Part shown: positions 59,742 through 64,000 of the stretch, piece by piece
Layout of the letters: each line of letters begins with the position of its first letter
Position numbering within the stretch: position 1 is the first letter of the stretch
Source of the DNA: Phoronis australis
Lineage: Eukaryota > Animalia > Phoronida
Reading direction: 5' to 3'
Assembly: GCA_002633005.1 (NCBI GenBank)
Contig: NMRA01000324.1
Coordinates: forward strand, 8,691-72,690
DNA length: 64,000 nt
Notes under the pieces: model-generated
The model's input: the letters and a program-made list of their open reading frames with translations, nothing else
Told to the model about the DNA's origin: nothing
The model's database searches: none
Program-made: the position numbers and the translations under genes

Positions 59742-62700
59742 NTCTCAACAACTTGGTTTCATAAGGACATCCTATATATAACTCTGATCAGGCCCTCCCA
59801 AAAGATGTCACTGTTAATAAGTGCCCTGCTCCAGACAGCCATATGTGACCTACATTGGTGCAGTGTTATGTAATGCCCATTAACTTAGTTGACCTTCCAC
59901 TGTAACAAGCCTCTGAGGTTTTGATTTTAGTGTTATAGAGTTGGAATTGAACATCCGTTTCAGAGTTTGAGTTGAGACAAGTTTTACTTCGTTTTATCTG
60001 AAATGAGTATGTTTGAGTAGAAGATGGCACATTCAAGATCCAAGTGTATGGTAAGTCTTTCAAATTTCTTAATATTTTGATTATTTAAGTTATTGCAAAT
60101 TCATGTATTAGACTGGCATAATCATGGCTAACATGTATTTGGCAGGGTCCTACAAACTATTTCTAATGCAAAAAATGCGGACAAATACTCGCATCTGTCC
60201 CTCCTAAAAATATTTCAAAATCTAACCACCCCTTTATTATGAGCTGAAGAATCTCTTTTACTATAAAAATTCCAGAGAGTTGTAGATTTCTTTGCTTTGT
60301 ATCGCTGAGAATAATTGCACTTCGTAAGATTTTCCAGATTCACTGCGATATGGTACCTTTTCTAAGAGAATTCCTTGCAATTAAATGGGTGCCCTTTCAA
60401 TAGCGATTTTCCTACGAAATTCGTCCATTTTGTGGACTGGAACGCTACAAAAAGCCCTCTAAGATGGAATCCCTGTATCAAATGGATAAGCAATAACTAT
60501 ACATATAACAAATTTTAATAAGAAGCATTTACACTAAAGCATATCGTGAGGCATTGAGTCAAATCACTCATAAAACCTTTGCAGTTTGGTCTGGTTCAAT
60601 CCTAAATGTGAAGCACAAACTTTTCCTTAAAGAATATTTTACACTTCAAACAAGCGTAAAAAATTAGCGACCAAAGGTATAGATATGCTGTGATGTTTGC
60701 CCAATTCTTTAAATGTGAGTATCTTCTTAATGAAGCATGAAACGGTTCACGTTTTCACATTGATTCAATGTGAGGGGTCTAGTATCAACCTTAGATCTTT
60801 TTCAACCCTTAAATGAAGCCTTTGAAATCAATGACTGAAAACCAAATCTCAAACTTGAAATGGGAAATTCCAGGGTAAAATAATTTCCTGAAGTTATTTT
60901 GTGTGAGTTGCCAAATTATACAGGTTCTCAAATCTTTACTATGTGCCTAGAATGTGTATTCACTAAATATATTTTCTGTTGTCATTAAAAGGACGGCACA
61001 AACACCAGACCAGATCATGTTAAAAAAAATACCTAAAATATCTTTGAATGAATTCTCTTAGTAACTTTGACGTCTGCTTAAAAGACTCAATAATTAAGGG
61101 ATGGTTGGTCTAAAGGTTCTGTGGCTCGACCGGTCAATAGTCCGAAGAAGTAAGTGAAATTTTATCTTGCGTTACGAACTCGGTAGTTACCAAGAATACA
61201 GTCATGTAAGTGTTCTTAGCTTGTTCAGGTTATTGTTCGTTGAATGACAACAATTTCAAGAAAGAGAGCTTTGCCTGCTTTACAGAGCTTTACGGAATTT
61301 TGAAAGATGGAGAATATGATGTAAAATTATCTGAAATCCTGAAGACATTTAAGTCTGTAGATTACGGAATAATGTGAAAAAACTATTAGCCAGTTTTCTG
61401 TCCCGACTATTGACTTTTCGGACTATAGATCCCATTGTTTTCGAACTATAGACCCATTGGACTATAGACAGTATTTCATTTCTTTTGACAGTTTTGATGT
61501 GTTTTTCAGATGAGAATATTGTCACTCCATTCAGTTCAAGTGACAATGATACAGATGAAGGTAGAATTTGGTGCTTGTTTTCTCAGAGTATGGAAACATG
61601 CAACTTCACATGGGTGAGTTATGAAGGTGGTGTGAGTTTCAAATAAATAAAGTATTNTAGTTTTCTGTTCCGACTATTGACTTTTTGGACTATAGATCCC
61701 ATTGTTTTCGAACTATAGACCCATTGGACTATAGACAGCATTTCATTTCTATTGACAGTTTTGATTTGTTTTTCAGATGAGAATGTTGTCACTCCATTCA
61801 GTTCAAGTGACAACGATACAGATGAAGGTAGAATTTGGTGCTTGTTTTCTCAGAGTATGGAAACATGCAACTTCACATGGGTGAGTTATGAAGGTGGTGT
61901 GAGTTTCAAATAAATAAAGTATTATGGGAAATATACATATACATTTTCGAAGATTCAACAAATTTTCGCAAAGTTTCTGTAATTTTATTTTTTTAAACTC
62001 GTGAGTGCGAGGTCATAATGAATCACTACTTTGATTTATTACTTTCATAAGGTAAGTACAGAGTCATTTTGATTCTTGTTCCGCTAGCATACAGCCTGTT
62101 TTTCAGAATTAATCAACTAGCATTGTAAAACATTGCACAATTCGTTATTTGCAGCAGTTGGCTTCCTAACATATTTATTGTTAATTAGGTGAACCATTTA
62201 ATGTAGCAGAACTACTTAAAAACTTTCAAACTCATGTTAATGGAAATTTAGAAGACAGCTTTAAATAAGCCAAACAAATGAATGCAAATGTAAAGGTGCT
62301 GGATAGATCACTGCATTTATAATTTGTTTCAGATGAAGAAGTGAGGGAGTGCCGTTTTCGTCACAAGGTGTTCAGTTCTACAAAAATAACCATGAATTTA
62401 CTCTGATAGATCGTCTGAAAGGTATTTCTTGCAACTAAAATTACTTGTTTTTCAAATTTTACCATACAATTTCTTTTTTAATTCAAAATTTATTTCTTGC
62501 TGATGCCAAGGATATGATAATACCTTTTCAGCTATTGTTTCTTTATTGTTTTATGACGTCTATACGAGATGTGCTGAGATGGGTTGGTCGCTCCTGTATT
62601 CCGAAGGACCTTTGATAGTCTCTAGTGCAAAGGAACTTTAGTTCAAAGAATTGCTTGTCTGAAATTGATTAGGTTGATAACATTGCATCAGAGCTTATAG

Positions 62701-63030
62701 AAGACTGCACATTTGAGCATAATTAATAATTATTATGAATGCAAATGTTAAAGACTTTGTTTTGAAAATGCAGGGTTCTTTCGGTAATTTTTTCTTGCCA
62801 TCCTAGCCCTGTAACCCACCAATCGGCGATATAGTTACCTCATACTTTTTCATGCCAGCTAATCAGATTTATTTCAAAGTGTAATGCTTAGTGGACCAAT
62901 CAGACCAATAGCTCATCCGACTAAAGACACTTCAGAATATCAAAAGGATGCCAAACCCGGTTTTGACTTATAAAAAGATACAAAAACGACTTAACTCTCC
63001 AGTTTTCTGGAAAAAAATAATGGCGTGTAA

Positions 63031-63170
63031 CATGGGCGGCGCACCATAGGGGGCTGAGGGGGCTATAGCCCGCACTTTTTTCAGTGGTCCGACGCCCATG
63101 GTCTATTGGCAGTGCACAACAGGGGGCGAGGGGCTATAACCCCCATTTTTTCAGTGCTGCGCTGCCCATG
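63031..63170. mobile_element. GC-rich dimeric MITE
   Basis: catgggcggcgcac ... gtgctgcgctgcccatg, two related halves, TGTAA on both flanks. Confidence 0.65.
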
Positions 63171-64000
63171 TGTAACTCTCAACTACTCTGAAAAGTTCGG
63201 AAAATTTTGAAACTATTTTGAAAGTCTCCTAATAGGCTAAGCACGACCTGCGCCTTGGAGAATTACACGGCAACTGTGGGTAAAGACAACCCATCAAGGA
63301 CCAAAATGCGAGATAGGGGCATGAGTTTTTAGTTAATTCCAGCTCTTTCAAGGATTGACGCCAATGATGCATTATCAAATGATAGGACCAGAATTGGTTG
63401 AATTCATCACAACATGGTTAGTTTCCTTATCTGTGAAGTCAATTTTTCACAAACAAACAAAGCACACATTTTTCGGGTTAATACTCTTTAGAATAAAGGT
63501 CCTTTGGTTTTGAGACCACAAACCTATGAAAATAAAAGTAGTTATAAGAAAAACACAACTTAATTCAGAAGACCAAAAGGCCACTGCTCCTTAAACGTCT
63601 TTCCGACTAACTTCCCGTTGGACTATCGACCTGCAGTAATGCTAAAAGGGGACACACGTAACAGATTTGAACTACAAAGAAATCACAAAAGTATTATTGT
63701 TATTACAATTGTTAATGTCATATTATTGTTTGTGTAAGATAGTATATTTTAGTAAGAATGTAGGATCCATGTCTATGGTCCGAAGCTCTAGTGTTAGCTC
63801 CAATCCTTAGTCCGACAACAAAAATCGGTCGCTCTAATGTACAAACTTCATAGCTAAATACATACGCCATGGTGTCAAGTATTTCACCATATTAACGAGA
63901 GTTACGCGTAAAGTATAACTAAAGATTCCATTACTAAATATATACATCACAGGAATGACAGCTTTTGCAATGTGTGCAAGGATACCTGTCAAATGTAAAT

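Noticed and set aside
61388-61925. 270-bp near-identical duplication giving twin ORFs
   Set aside because: N at the junction (61656); likely a haplotype or contig overlap artefact.

Overview
AT-rich (visually ~35-38% GC), intron-rich animal genomic DNA, most likely from an invertebrate such as a mollusc or other lophotrochozoan (inferred from gene and repeat content only). There are two N gaps (2195-2970, 59657-59741). Three spliced protein-coding genes could be assembled by hand with GT-AG sites and consistent phases: (1) a SCO1/SCO2-family copper chaperone, + strand, 7 exons, ~281 aa, exon 1 tentative; (2) a complete glutamate-cysteine ligase catalytic subunit, GCLC, + strand, 15 exons, ~670 aa, with a tandem pair of Nrf2/CncC antioxidant response elements upstream; (3) the 3' 13 exons of a DENND3-like gene on the - strand (~677 aa in window), convergent with GCLC. 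Introns hold MITEs, tRNA-derived SINEs, Helentron/HINE-like elements, a fold-back Penelope fragment and many minisatellites. The most unusual observations are tandem repeats that copy exon ends together with their 5' splice sites in SCO and DENND3 (plus a degenerate exon copy in GCLC), a miniature LTR element whose LTRs carry tRNA-like Pol III boxes, and HINE-like elements with ~150-bp-spaced CTCF-like motifs. I see no prokaryote-style system (CRISPR, operon) and no clearly new protein family. Most ORFs in the supplied track are spurious.
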